Shown one piece after another: positions 43,896 through 52,967 of a stretch of DNA of 64,000 nt. Source of the stretch: Oscillospiraceae bacterium (GTDB lineage: Bacteria; Bacillota; Clostridia; Oscillospirales; CAG-272); NCBI GenBank assembly GCA_015063625.1, contig SVTT01000005.1, positions 44,979 through 108,978 of the forward strand, read 5' to 3'. Each line of letters starts with the position of its first letter. Position 1 is the stretch's first letter. The translations under genes were made by a program, and so were the position numbers. The notes beneath the pieces were generated by a model that was not told where the DNA came from, did no database searches, and saw nothing but the letters and a program-made list of their open reading frames with translations.

Positions 43896-45242
43896 ATGAA
43901 GATCGGATTTGTTTCCCTCGGCTGTCCCAAAAACCAGCTGGATACCGAGGTCATGCTGCACGAGCTGGTCAGTGCGGGCTATGAGATCACGCCCGACGAA
44001 ACCGAGGCGGACGTGGTGGTCATCAACACCTGTGCCTTCATCGAAAGCGCAAAAAAAGAGGCGATCGACAATATTCTGGACGTTGCCTGGCTCAAAAAGC
44101 ACCGTTCGCTGAAGGGGATCGTGGTCACGGGCTGCCTTGCCGAGCGATACCGCGAGGAGATCCTTGCGGAGCTGCCCGAGGTGGATGCACTGCTCGGTGT
44201 GGGCAGCATCCATCATATCGTGGAGGCGGTGGAGAGCATTGCCGCACGCAAAAAGAACAAAAAAACACCCAAGTATACCTCCTTTGAGGATAAAAATACG
44301 GTGGCACTCGGCGGTGACCGCGTGCTGACCACCCCCGAGTATTACTCTTACTTAAAGATCGCCGAGGGCTGTGACAACCGCTGTACCTACTGTGCGATCC
44401 CCTCGATCAGAGGCAGATTTCGCTCCCGTCCGATGGATGAGCTGGTCGAGGAGGCAAAGCAGCTTGAGGCGCTTGGCGTGAAGGAGCTGAACATCGTGGC
44501 GCAGGATACCACGCGCTACGGCAAGGACCTTTACGGGGAATACAAGCTTCATGAGCTCTTGCATCGCATCACCGAGGCAACCTCGATTCCCTGGATCCGT
44601 CTGCTTTATTGCTATCCCGATAAGATCACCGACGAGCTGATCGCCGAGATCAGGGATAACGACCGCATCGTCAAATATATCGATCTGCCCCTTCAGCACA
44701 TCAGTGACCGCATGCTGAAGGCAATGAACCGCCACGGCGATGGCGCCATGATCCGAGGGGTCATCGAAAAGCTGCGCCGCGAGGTCAAGGATATTACCAT
44801 CCGTACCACCTTCATCGTGGGCTTCCCCGGCGAGAGCGAGGCTGATTTTGAGGAGCTTTGCACCTTTGTTGACAGCGCGCGCTTTGAGCATATGGGCGTC
44901 TTTACCTACTCGCCCGAGGAGGGAACGCCTGCCGCAGAGATGACGGATCAGATCGACGAGCAGGTCAAGCAGGATCGCATGGACATCCTCATGAAGCAGC
45001 AAATGGCACTGAACGCTACCGAAAACGGGAAAAAGGTGGGCAGCACGGTGCGTGTGCTGGTCGAGGACTTTGACCCCGTCAGCGAGGCGCATTTCGGCAG
45101 ATCGGCTGCCGATGCCCCCGATATTGACGGCAAGGTATATTTCAAGGCAGCCCGTCGCATTGCCCCGGGCAGTATGATCGATGTTAAAATCAGAGAAGTG
45201 GTGGATTACGATCTTTACGGTCGCGCCATTCTCTCCAAGTGA
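43896..45242 (+). CDS. rimO: ribosomal protein S12 methylthiotransferase RimO
   Basis: 448 aa. It has the MTTase N-domain (MKIGFVSLGCPKNQLDTE...VVINTCAFI), a radical-SAM CDNRCTYCAIP motif and a C-terminal TRAM domain. Confidence 0.9.
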   Translation: MKIGFVSLGCPKNQLDTEVMLHELVSAGYEITPDETEADVVVINTCAFIESAKKEAIDNILDVAWLKKHRSLKGIVVTGCLAERYREEILAELPEVDALLGVGSIHHIVEAVESIAARKKNKKTPKYTSFEDKNTVALGGDRVLTTPEYYSYLKIAEGCDNRCTYCAIPSIRGRFRSRPMDELVEEAKQLEALGVKELNIVAQDTTRYGKDLYGEYKLHELLHRITEATSIPWIRLLYCYPDKITDELIAEIRDNDRIVKYIDLPLQHISDRMLKAMNRHGDGAMIRGVIEKLRREVKDITIRTTFIVGFPGESEADFEELCTFVDSARFEHMGVFTYSPEEGTPAAEMTDQIDEQVKQDRMDILMKQQMALNATENGKKVGSTVRVLVEDFDPVSEAHFGRSAADAPDIDGKVYFKAARRIAPGSMIDVKIREVVDYDLYGRAILSK

Positions 45243-45256
45243 TAAGGAGAACTGTG

Positions 45257-45904
45257 ATGAGTAAAATGAATCTTCCCAATCGCCTCACCATGCTTCGTCT
45301 GGCACTGGTGCCCGTTGTGATGGTGCTGCTCCTGCTGCCCGCCTCGATCATCCGCTGGGAGATCGCTTACGGCGTGGGTGTGGTGCTGTTTGCACTGACG
45401 GCACTGACCGATATGCTGGACGGAAAGATCGCACGTGCGCGCAATCTTATTACCAACTTCGGTAAGTTTATGGATCCCGTTGCCGATAAATTCATGGTCA
45501 TCGGTACGCTGATGGCACTGCTGTTCCGTATGCTGCGTCCCGATATCTACGGACTTTCGTACAGCAGCACCTTCACGGTGGTGTTTTTCGTCGCGGTGGT
45601 CATGATCATCTTCCGTGAGCTTGCCATCACCTCGCTGCGCCTGGTGCTGGTCAACAGCACGGGTCAGGTGGTTGCCGCCAAAATGCTCGGCAAGATCAAG
45701 ACCGTGTCGCAGATCCTTTGCATCTGTGCGCTGATGATCGAGCCTCTTGTCGACCGTCTGATCTGCCACTTCGCGCCCAATTACTTTTTTGCAAGCGTCT
45801 ATCCGCTTTCCTGGCTGTTGGTTGCCGTCATGCTGGTCTTTACGGTCTGGTCGGGTGCCGACTATATCAAGGGCGGCTGGAGATCGATCGCCACCGATTG
45901 GTAA
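45257..45904 (+). CDS. pgsA: CDP-diacylglycerol--glycerol-3-phosphate 3-phosphatidyltransferase
   Basis: ATG at 45257 follows AAGGAGAA. The CDP-alcohol phosphatidyltransferase motif DMLDGKIARARNLITNFGKFMDPVADK is present. Confidence 0.88.
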   Translation: MSKMNLPNRLTMLRLALVPVVMVLLLLPASIIRWEIAYGVGVVLFALTALTDMLDGKIARARNLITNFGKFMDPVADKFMVIGTLMALLFRMLRPDIYGLSYSSTFTVVFFVAVVMIIFRELAITSLRLVLVNSTGQVVAAKMLGKIKTVSQILCICALMIEPLVDRLICHFAPNYFFASVYPLSWLLVAVMLVFTVWSGADYIKGGWRSIATDW

Positions 45905-45916
45905 TTGCTCGCAGAC

Positions 45917-45966
45917 AAAAGGACCGCTTTTGCACCCCGTTTGGGGGCAAAAGCGGTTCTTTTATT
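45917..45966. terminator. bidirectional terminator
   Basis: AAAAGGACCGCTTTTGCACCCC-GTTT-GGGGGCAAAAGCGGTTCTTTTATT between convergent pgsA and the asparaginase gene. Confidence 0.7.
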
Positions 45967-45969
45967 GCA

Positions 45970-46956
45970 TTACGCCATATCTCCGCCAAGCGGAAGGGGA
46001 AGGATCTCGTATGGATCAAGCCCTGCGCCCACGGTAAGTGCCAGCTTCATGTAGGCGGCGATGGGGGACATACGGGGCAGCGGCGTCAGACCAAGCTCTC
46101 CAAAGGGGGCGGCGCTCTCATAGGTCGCCTCGCCCGTGATCCCCACAAGAAAGACGGGGATGCCCGCTGCCCTTGTGCGGTGGGCAAAAGCGGCAAGGGG
46201 CGCCCATGCGGTGGGAAGCGTGCCGCTGTGGTAGGTCTCGATCAGTACGGCGGCGGTTCGGCTGTCTGCGACAGGAAGCTGCATGCCGGGATGTGCTCTT
46301 AAAAAGAGCACACGCTGCTCGGCGCTGCAGAGCCCCTCGGGGGAGAGGGGGAGAATGGCGTCGGCTTTTTCGGTGTGGCAAAGAGGGGTGAGAGCCCCTT
46401 GCTGCCACAATGCCACTGCGCCGTCAAGTGAATAGACCTCGTCGGTGGGGGAAAGATGTGAAAAAAGGCGGGAGGCGCGGTGGATGACGCAGGGAGAGCC
46501 GCTGTTTCGGTAGCTGACGTAAACGCCCCTCGCGTCGGGCGTGGCACGGAGGAAGTCGATGGCGGCGCGCAGATTGGTCACGCCGTTTGCGCGCGGATCC
46601 GAGAGGATATAGTTGCTGGAAACCAGTACGACGGGGACTCTGCATAGCCCCAGAATATAGGAAAGAGCCGTGGCGGTATAGGGTAGGGTGTCAGTACCGT
46701 GCGTGACGATCAGGGCATCCGCGTGCGCGCTTTCCTGCCTGATCGAATCGGCAAGGCTCTTGAGATGAGAAAGGGTAAGATTCTCACTCAGAATGCGGTA
46801 GGGCTCGGCGGTGTGAAAGTCGGTTCGGTCACCGCTTTGCTCGCGGTATAGGGCAAGCAGCTCGCGCACGGCGCTCTCCTCGGTGCCGATGCCGCTTTCG
46901 CGGCGTACGCTGCCGATGGTTCCACCGGTGAAAATGATGCGGATATTCAAGCGCAC
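45970..46956 (-). CDS. ansA: L-asparaginase (type I-like)
   Basis: GTG at 46956 (codon 17 of the track ORF) follows AAAGGAGG. It has IRIIFTGGTIGS (catalytic Thr) and VTHGTDTLPYTA. Confidence 0.8.
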   Translation of the reverse strand: MRLNIRIIFTGGTIGSVRRESGIGTEESAVRELLALYREQSGDRTDFHTAEPYRILSENLTLSHLKSLADSIRQESAHADALIVTHGTDTLPYTATALSYILGLCRVPVVLVSSNYILSDPRANGVTNLRAAIDFLRATPDARGVYVSYRNSGSPCVIHRASRLFSHLSPTDEVYSLDGAVALWQQGALTPLCHTEKADAILPLSPEGLCSAEQRVLFLRAHPGMQLPVADSRTAAVLIETYHSGTLPTAWAPLAAFAHRTRAAGIPVFLVGITGEATYESAAPFGELGLTPLPRMSPIAAYMKLALTVGAGLDPYEILPLPLGGDMA

Positions 46957-47025
46957 ATCGCCTCCTTTACTGTTGACAGCTTTGCCCGTGTGCCGCTGCG
47001 GCACACGGGCAAAAGATATTTTACA

Positions 47026-48027
47026 TTATTTTACCTGTACGAAGCCGAGCTTTCTCTGTACCTTCGACAGGGTCTTGCGTGCGTAGTAGGCAGCCTCCTC
47101 GGCGCCCCTTTTCATCTGTGCTTCAAGCCCTGCCTTGTCGGCAAGCAGCTCCTTGAAGCGTTGCTGAACGGGTGCCAGTGCGTCGGCGCAGACCTCACCC
47201 ACGGCAAGCTTGAAGTCGCCGTAGCCGCGACCGTCAAATTCACGCTCGATCTCCTCGACGGTCTTGCCCGTAAAGCAGGAATAGATGGTGATGAGATTGT
47301 TGATGCCGTCCTTACCCTCGGCGAAGCGCACGACGGTGTCGGAGTCGGTCACGGCGCGGCGGAATTTGCGGATGACGGTGTCGCGGTCGTCAAGGATGTA
47401 GACCACGGCATTTTGATTCTCGTCTGACTTGCTCATTTTTTTGGTGGGCTCCGCAAGCGACATGATCTTTTTGCCCTGCTTCGAGATCATGGGCTCGGGC
47501 ACGGTAAAGGTGTCGGGGTAGATCTGATTGAAGCGCTCTGCAATGTTGCGGCAAAGCTCCACGTGCTGCTTCTGGTCGATGCCAACGGGCACGACGTCGG
47601 TCTGGTACAGCAGGATGTCTGCCGCCATCAGCGTGGGGTAGGTGAAAAGACCCGCATTGACGTTGTCGGCATGGCGCGCGCTCTTGTCTTTGAACTGGGT
47701 CATACGGGAGAGCTCACCGAACATGGTGTAGCAGTTGAGGATCCAGCCGAGCTCGGCGTGTGCGGGCACGTGCGATTGCACGTAGAGCGTGTTTTTTTCA
47801 GGGTCAAGACCGCACGCCATGTAAAGGGCAAGTGTTTCGTAGGTGCGGCGGCGGAGCTCGGCGGGCACCTGCCGTACGGTGATGGCATGCTGATCCACCA
47901 CGCAGTAAAAGCACTTGTAGGCGTCACTGTATGCGGAAAAGTTTTTTATGGCACCAAGGTAGTTGCCGATGGTCAGGTTGCCGCTGGGCTGGACGCCCGA
48001 GAAGCAGATTTTACGGTCGTTGATCAT
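47026..48027 (-). CDS. trpS: tryptophan--tRNA ligase
   Basis: 333 aa. SGVQPSGNLTIGNYLGA is the HIGH-type region, and KMSKS is present (KKMSKSDEN). Confidence 0.93.
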   Translation of the reverse strand: MINDRKICFSGVQPSGNLTIGNYLGAIKNFSAYSDAYKCFYCVVDQHAITVRQVPAELRRRTYETLALYMACGLDPEKNTLYVQSHVPAHAELGWILNCYTMFGELSRMTQFKDKSARHADNVNAGLFTYPTLMAADILLYQTDVVPVGIDQKQHVELCRNIAERFNQIYPDTFTVPEPMISKQGKKIMSLAEPTKKMSKSDENQNAVVYILDDRDTVIRKFRRAVTDSDTVVRFAEGKDGINNLITIYSCFTGKTVEEIEREFDGRGYGDFKLAVGEVCADALAPVQQRFKELLADKAGLEAQMKRGAEEAAYYARKTLSKVQRKLGFVQVK

Positions 48028-48038
48028 GTCGGTTCCTT

Positions 48039-49250
48039 TCAGTGGATGAATTCTCGTGCAGCCTCGCCAAGGCGCTTGACGCCTTCCACGATCTGCTCGT
48101 CCGAGGGGGTGGAATAGTTAAGACGGAAGGAAAGCGAGGGTGCGTCGGTGTCGCAGTTGAAGGTGGTGCCGGGCACGACCGCAACCTTCTTTTCAAGCGC
48201 CTTTTTCACAAAGGCACTCATGTCCGAGCCCTCGGGCAGCGTGCACCAGATGAAAAGACCTCCCTCGGGTCTGGTGAATTTGACCGAGGAGGGGAGCTCT
48301 CTTTCAAGCTCGCCGAGCATCAGCTCACATTTATGTCTGTAGAGCGCACGGATGGCTTGGATGTGACCGTCAAGATCGCTCTTTGTCATAAAGCGGTGGC
48401 AGAGCATCTGGAAAAAGATGTTGGTGTGCACGTCCTCGCTCTGCTTTGCCACCACCATTTTGGTGGCAATGGGCTCGGGCGCGACCACAAAGCCTACGCG
48501 CATGCCTGCCGAAAGGATCTTCGAGAAGGAGGAGCAGTAGATGACAAGTCCCCCGTCGTCCATGCTCTTGATGGTGGGGAGCTCCTCACCTGCAAAGCGC
48601 AGCTCCCCATAGGGGTTATCCTCGAGGATGGGAAGGGAATGGCGCTTGGCGATCTCGTAGATGCGGCGGCGCTTTTTCTCGCTCGTGGTGATGCCGGAGG
48701 GGTTGTGGAAGGTGGGGATGAGGTAGATCATTTTTGCGCGGGGATTCTCGCTGATCACGCGCTCCAGATCATCGGGATCAATGCCGTCCTCCTCCATCTC
48801 CACGCCCACGGTCACGGCGCCGCAGGAGCGAAAGGCGTTGAGCGCACCGATGAAGCTGGGGTTCTCGCAGATCACCACGTCCCCCTCGTTGCAAAGCGCC
48901 TTGCAGGCAAGCTCAATGCCCTGCTGGCCGCCCGAAACGATGACCGTCATGTCATCAAAGGTGTCGCCCGCCGCAAGTGATCTTCCGATGCCGAAGATCT
49001 CCTTCTGGCGCTTGGCAACCGCCTCGCGCAAGGGGGGGAAGCCGTCGGTGATGTTGTATTGAAGCGCGGCAGTCGCGCATTCTGCAAAAATGTCGGCGGA
49101 GTGTGCCGCCAGCTCCTCGACGGGAAAGGACTCTGCCGCAGGGTTTCCTGCCGCAAAGGAGATGATGGTGGGGTCGGTCAGGCTCTTGAAGATCTCGCGA
49201 ATGGCAGAGGGCTTCAGTGCCGCCAGCTTGTCCGAAAATTGATAATTCAT
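48039..49250 (-). CDS. PLP-dependent aminotransferase, class I/II fold
   Basis: ATG at 49250 (codon 23 of the track ORF). It has LKPSAIREIF...ISFAAGNP, and SSFSKILSAGMRVG carries the PLP lysine. It is 11 nt upstream of trpS on the same strand. Confidence 0.8.
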   Translation of the reverse strand: MNYQFSDKLAALKPSAIREIFKSLTDPTIISFAAGNPAAESFPVEELAAHSADIFAECATAALQYNITDGFPPLREAVAKRQKEIFGIGRSLAAGDTFDDMTVIVSGGQQGIELACKALCNEGDVVICENPSFIGALNAFRSCGAVTVGVEMEEDGIDPDDLERVISENPRAKMIYLIPTFHNPSGITTSEKKRRRIYEIAKRHSLPILEDNPYGELRFAGEELPTIKSMDDGGLVIYCSSFSKILSAGMRVGFVVAPEPIATKMVVAKQSEDVHTNIFFQMLCHRFMTKSDLDGHIQAIRALYRHKCELMLGELERELPSSVKFTRPEGGLFIWCTLPEGSDMSAFVKKALEKKVAVVPGTTFNCDTDAPSLSFRLNYSTPSDEQIVEGVKRLGEAAREFIH

Positions 49251-49332
49251 ATCCACGTACCTCTGAGAACAGATAAACAGATAACATATTGTATCATATA
49301 TCGCGCGCGAATGCAAGGGCTTGCGGCAAAAG

Positions 49333-50067
49333 TCAATGAGATTTTTTGTATTGCATGGGCGTGTAGCCGGTTCGCTTCTTGAAGACGCGGGAGAGATAAT
49401 TGGAGTCGCCGAAGCCGGTCAGCTCGGCGATCTCGTTCAGGCTGTGCGTGCCTGCTAAGATCAGCTTCTTCGCTTCGCTCACGCGCAGCTCCAGCAGGTA
49501 GTCGATGATCGAGCGCCCCATCTCCTTTTTAAACACCGTATCGCAGTATACGGGGGAGAAAAAGGTCAGCCTTCCGATCTCTTCAAGCGTGATCCGTTCC
49601 CCCAAATGCTCACCAAGAAAGGAGAGGATCTGCTCGGTGAGGGGAGAGTGCTTGCGGCGCGTCGCCTCCCTCAGCAGCAGCAGGATGGCGTGGAGCACAG
49701 GGGCACTGATCTCCTCGCCTGCCGCAGGGCGGCTGCGTCGGATCGTATCAAGCGTGGAGATGAGCAGCTTGATCTCGCGGTCAACGGTGCCGCGCATCAC
49801 GGCGGGCAGGGAAAGATCTCCGTTGACGTAAAAATTAAAGCTGACGTAGTCGGTGCGACAGTCGGCGGGACAGCGCTCGCGCAGATCGCCCGGTACAAAG
49901 AGGATGGCGTCCCCCGCAAGAAGGGTGACGTCTCGCCCGTTCAGACGGTAGTGAAACTCCCCTTCCAAAACAAGCGTCAGGTCAAAAAACTGAATCGCCT
50001 TGGCGCGGATGGGGGGAGGCTGAATTTCTTTGTTGTGTCGCAGATAAAAAACCGAGATTTCGTTCAT
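49333..50067 (-). CDS. AraC-family transcriptional regulator (cupin sensor plus HTH)
   Basis: ATG at 50067 (codon 57 of the track ORF). The cupin-like N-terminus is FDLTLVLEGEFHYRLNGRDVTLLAGDAILFVPGD. The C-terminal HTH is IAELTGFGDSNYLSRVFKKRTGYTPMQYK. It is divergent from the sugar-isomerase genes. Confidence 0.8.
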   Translation of the reverse strand: MNEISVFYLRHNKEIQPPPIRAKAIQFFDLTLVLEGEFHYRLNGRDVTLLAGDAILFVPGDLRERCPADCRTDYVSFNFYVNGDLSLPAVMRGTVDREIKLLISTLDTIRRSRPAAGEEISAPVLHAILLLLREATRRKHSPLTEQILSFLGEHLGERITLEEIGRLTFFSPVYCDTVFKKEMGRSIIDYLLELRVSEAKKLILAGTHSLNEIAELTGFGDSNYLSRVFKKRTGYTPMQYKKSH

Positions 50068-50183
50068 GTTAAGATCGTCCTGTTTTCTTTGTGTTGGAAT
50101 AAGATATTGCATTGATATCGATGCCGATCGTGCTAAAATAATAGTAGCACAACCCGAAAAGCAAGTCAAGAGGAGGAAAGAAA

Positions 50184-51056
50184 ATGATTCGCCTTTGTGC
50201 CTTTGCCGATGAGGCGGGAAGGTCGCTTTCTGCACAGCTGGATGCCCTTCATGCGCACGGTATCTCTTTGCTGGAGCTTCGCAGCATTGACGGTAAGGAT
50301 ATTGCCGATTTTACCGACGCTGAGGCGTACCGCTACAAGGAAATATTGGATGAAAACCGTATCGCGGTCCACTCGCTCGGCTCTCCCCTTGGCAAGGTGG
50401 AGATTGCCGATGCGCAAAAGCATATGGAGGCCGTGCGGCGCGTCTGTGAGCTTGCCCGTATCTTTGACACCGATAAGATCCGCGTGTTCAGCTTTTTTGG
50501 GGCGTATGGGGAGGCGGAACGCGTCAAGGAGCATCTGCGGAGGATGGTCGGGATCGCAAGCGAGTACGGCGTGCGCCTGTATCACGAAAATGAAAAGAAG
50601 GTGTACGGCGACACGGGCGACCGCGTGTTGGAGCTGATGCGCGATGTACAGGGACTCGGGTTCGTGTTCGATCCTGCCAATTACATTCAGTGCGGCGAGC
50701 CGGTGGCACCCCTTCTCGACTGCCTTTTCGATCGCACAGACTATTTTCACATCAAGGACGTTTGCGTCGCTACGGATGAGCTCGTGCCTGCGGGAGAGGG
50801 GGACGGAGAAATTCCCCTGCTCATCGATCGCATTGCCGCCTCGGGACGCGATGCCGTTCTAACGCTCGAGCCGCACCTGAAGATCTTTGACGGATATGCC
50901 GCCATTGATGACAGTCAAATGAATCACAGGTTCCGCTATCCCACAAATGAAGCAAGCTTTGCGGCAGCAGTCAATGCGCTGAAGGCGCTTTTGCTGGAGG
51001 CGGGTTACGCCGCGCAAGCACAAAAAGATCACACGGTAGGATGGGTAAAACGGTGA
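50184..51056 (+). CDS. sugar phosphate isomerase/epimerase (xylose-isomerase-like TIM barrel)
   Basis: 290 aa with the motifs RVFSFF, YHENEKKVYGDT, FDPANY, HIKD and LEPHL. Confidence 0.75.
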   Translation: MIRLCAFADEAGRSLSAQLDALHAHGISLLELRSIDGKDIADFTDAEAYRYKEILDENRIAVHSLGSPLGKVEIADAQKHMEAVRRVCELARIFDTDKIRVFSFFGAYGEAERVKEHLRRMVGIASEYGVRLYHENEKKVYGDTGDRVLELMRDVQGLGFVFDPANYIQCGEPVAPLLDCLFDRTDYFHIKDVCVATDELVPAGEGDGEIPLLIDRIAASGRDAVLTLEPHLKIFDGYAAIDDSQMNHRFRYPTNEASFAAAVNALKALLLEAGYAAQAQKDHTVGWVKR

Positions 51057-51814
51057 AATTTGGATTAAATCTGTTTTCGCTGCGCAAGCAGATCGCCACG
51101 AAGGAGGCGTTTTACGCCACAGCCTGCCGCCTTGCCGACATGGGGTATGATTATCTGCAATTTTCGGGTGAACCCTTTGATCCCGAGACGATCGAGGAGG
51201 TCAGCCGCCGTGCGGGACTCCCCGTGCTGCTGACGCACGTTCCCCTTGACCGGATCCTGCACGATACGAAGGCACTGGTTGCCGAGCACGCCGTGTTCGG
51301 CTGCGCTCGGGTGGGGCTTGGCAGTATGCCCTTCAAGAATCTGCCCGAGCAGGAGATGCTTGACAATATTGTAACGCTTCGCACCGCGACCGAGCGCTTG
51401 CGCGAGGAGGGCGCAGCCTTCTTTTATCACAACCATCAGCACGAGTTCATCAAGCTTTCAAGCGGCAAAACCGTTTTTGATGCGCTGATCGAGGAGATCC
51501 CCGCGCTCAATTTCACGCTGGATACCCATTGGCTCCAGCTGGGCGGCGTGTCGATCCTTGAATATATCGAACGGTGCAAGGGGCGCATTGAGTGTGTTCA
51601 CTTAAAGGATTATCTCCCCACCTTTCCCGATGGGAAATTCAAGCCGAAATTCGCGCCCGTCGGCGACGGCAACATCAACTGGCACGACGTTATTCCGAAA
51701 TTCCTTGCGTCGGGCACGCGCTATTTCTTCGTTGAGCAGGACGATGCCACCGATGCCGAGGATCCCTTTGCCGAGGTCGGACGCAGCATCAGATACCTGA
51801 AGGAGCATTTTTAA
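51041..51814 (+). CDS. sugar phosphate isomerase/epimerase (xylose-isomerase-like TIM barrel), second paralogue
   Basis: 257 aa with the motifs YHNHQHEF, LDTHWL, VHLKD and FVEQD. It overlaps the upstream gene by 16 nt. Confidence 0.75.
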   Translation: MGKTVKFGLNLFSLRKQIATKEAFYATACRLADMGYDYLQFSGEPFDPETIEEVSRRAGLPVLLTHVPLDRILHDTKALVAEHAVFGCARVGLGSMPFKNLPEQEMLDNIVTLRTATERLREEGAAFFYHNHQHEFIKLSSGKTVFDALIEEIPALNFTLDTHWLQLGGVSILEYIERCKGRIECVHLKDYLPTFPDGKFKPKFAPVGDGNINWHDVIPKFLASGTRYFFVEQDDATDAEDPFAEVGRSIRYLKEHF

Positions 51815-51835
51815 AGAAAAAAGAGGAGAGATTTT

Positions 51836-52834
51836 ATGAAAACAGTCAGATACGGTGTGATAGGCCTTGGTAACCAGGGCAAAAAATACATCGAAAGCTA
51901 TTTTATGAAGGACATGGTGCCCGATGCAAGCCTTGTCGCCGTATGCGACACCGATCCCGCCGCCGTAAAGGGGGTGGTGGAAGCGCTTGGCTTTGAGGGG
52001 GCCGTCTTTTCGGATTACCGCGAGATGATCGACAGCGGCATGGTCGATGCCGTCATGATCGAAACACCGCATTACGATCACCCCGAGATGACCGTATATG
52101 GTCTTACACACGGTGTGCACGTGCTCTGCGAGAAGCCGCTTTGTATCAAGGAGGAGGATATTGATCGCATCCTTGCGGCAGAAGGGGCGTCAGACGCCAT
52201 GCTGGGTGTCTGCCATCAGAATCGGTACAATCCTGCCAACCTGTTTGTCAAGCAATATCTGCAGGAGCACGGCGTGCGCGCTGCGCACGGCACCGTGGCA
52301 TGGCACAGAGATGCCGCCTAATACGCCGCAGGCGCGTGGCGCGGCAAATGGGGGACCGAGGGGGGCGGCGTGATGATCAATCAAGCGCTGCATACGCTTG
52401 ATCTGCTTTGCTGGCTTCTTGGAATGGGTGAGCGCGTGCGCGCCACACTTTCCAACCTGACACTGAGGGGTGTCATCGAGGTGGAGGACACCGCCTTTGC
52501 TGCCTTCAAGGCTCACGTGCCCTATACCTTTTTTGCCACCAATGCGGCGGGTGCAAGCCTGCCCGTGGAGATCAGCCTTCGCATGGAGGGCGGAACGCAT
52601 CTTCTTCTGCTCCCCTTGTCGGTGCAGATCGACGGTGAGGTGGTGTTTCGGGATGAGGATAGCGGCGAGGTGGTCAAGGCGTGCTACGGTGTGAGCCACG
52701 TCCGCCTGATCCGTGATTTTCACCGTGCTGCGGCAAACGGTACGCACTTTCCCATCGACGGCAAGGAGGCGGCAAAGGTCGTCCGTATGATCCTTGCCAT
52801 GTATCGGAGCAGGGGTGAGGAGATCGAGGTGTGA
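51836..52834 (+). pseudogene. Gfo/Idh/MocA-family oxidoreductase interrupted by one in-frame TAA
   Basis: Track ORFs 51836..52321 and 52370..52834 are in the same frame. Read through, the sequence is ...GTVAWHRDAA*YAAGAWRGKWGTEGGGVMINQALHTLDLL.... The N-terminus is a Rossmann fold (VRYGVIGLGNQGKKY) and EKPL is present. The stop at 52319-52321 sits where I expect a Tyr codon (TAY). Confidence 0.75.
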
Positions 52835-52849
52835 TCCAAAGCGCATAAA

Positions 52850-52892
52850 GCGGTGGACCGCGTGCCGATTCGGCACGCGGTCTGCTTTTATT
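52850..52892 (+). terminator. intrinsic terminator
   Basis: GACCGCGTGCC-GATT-CGGCACGCGGTC followed by TGCTTTTATT. Confidence 0.65.
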
Positions 52893-52967
52893 GCCGCCAT
52901 TCTCCACTTTACAAATGACACACGGTGTGCTACAATGAGGTAACACTCTAAAAAAGGAGATGGATGG

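Noticed and set aside
48028-48038. Expected T-box leader upstream of trpS
   Set aside because: Only 11 nt separate trpS from the upstream aminotransferase gene, so there is no room for a T-box. The genes are probably co-transcribed.
52319-52321. In-frame TAA as programmed recoding (selenocysteine, pyrrolysine or read-through)
   Set aside because: Selenocysteine uses UGA and pyrrolysine uses UAG. I saw no SECIS- or PYLIS-like element. A Tyr-codon point mutation is the simpler explanation.
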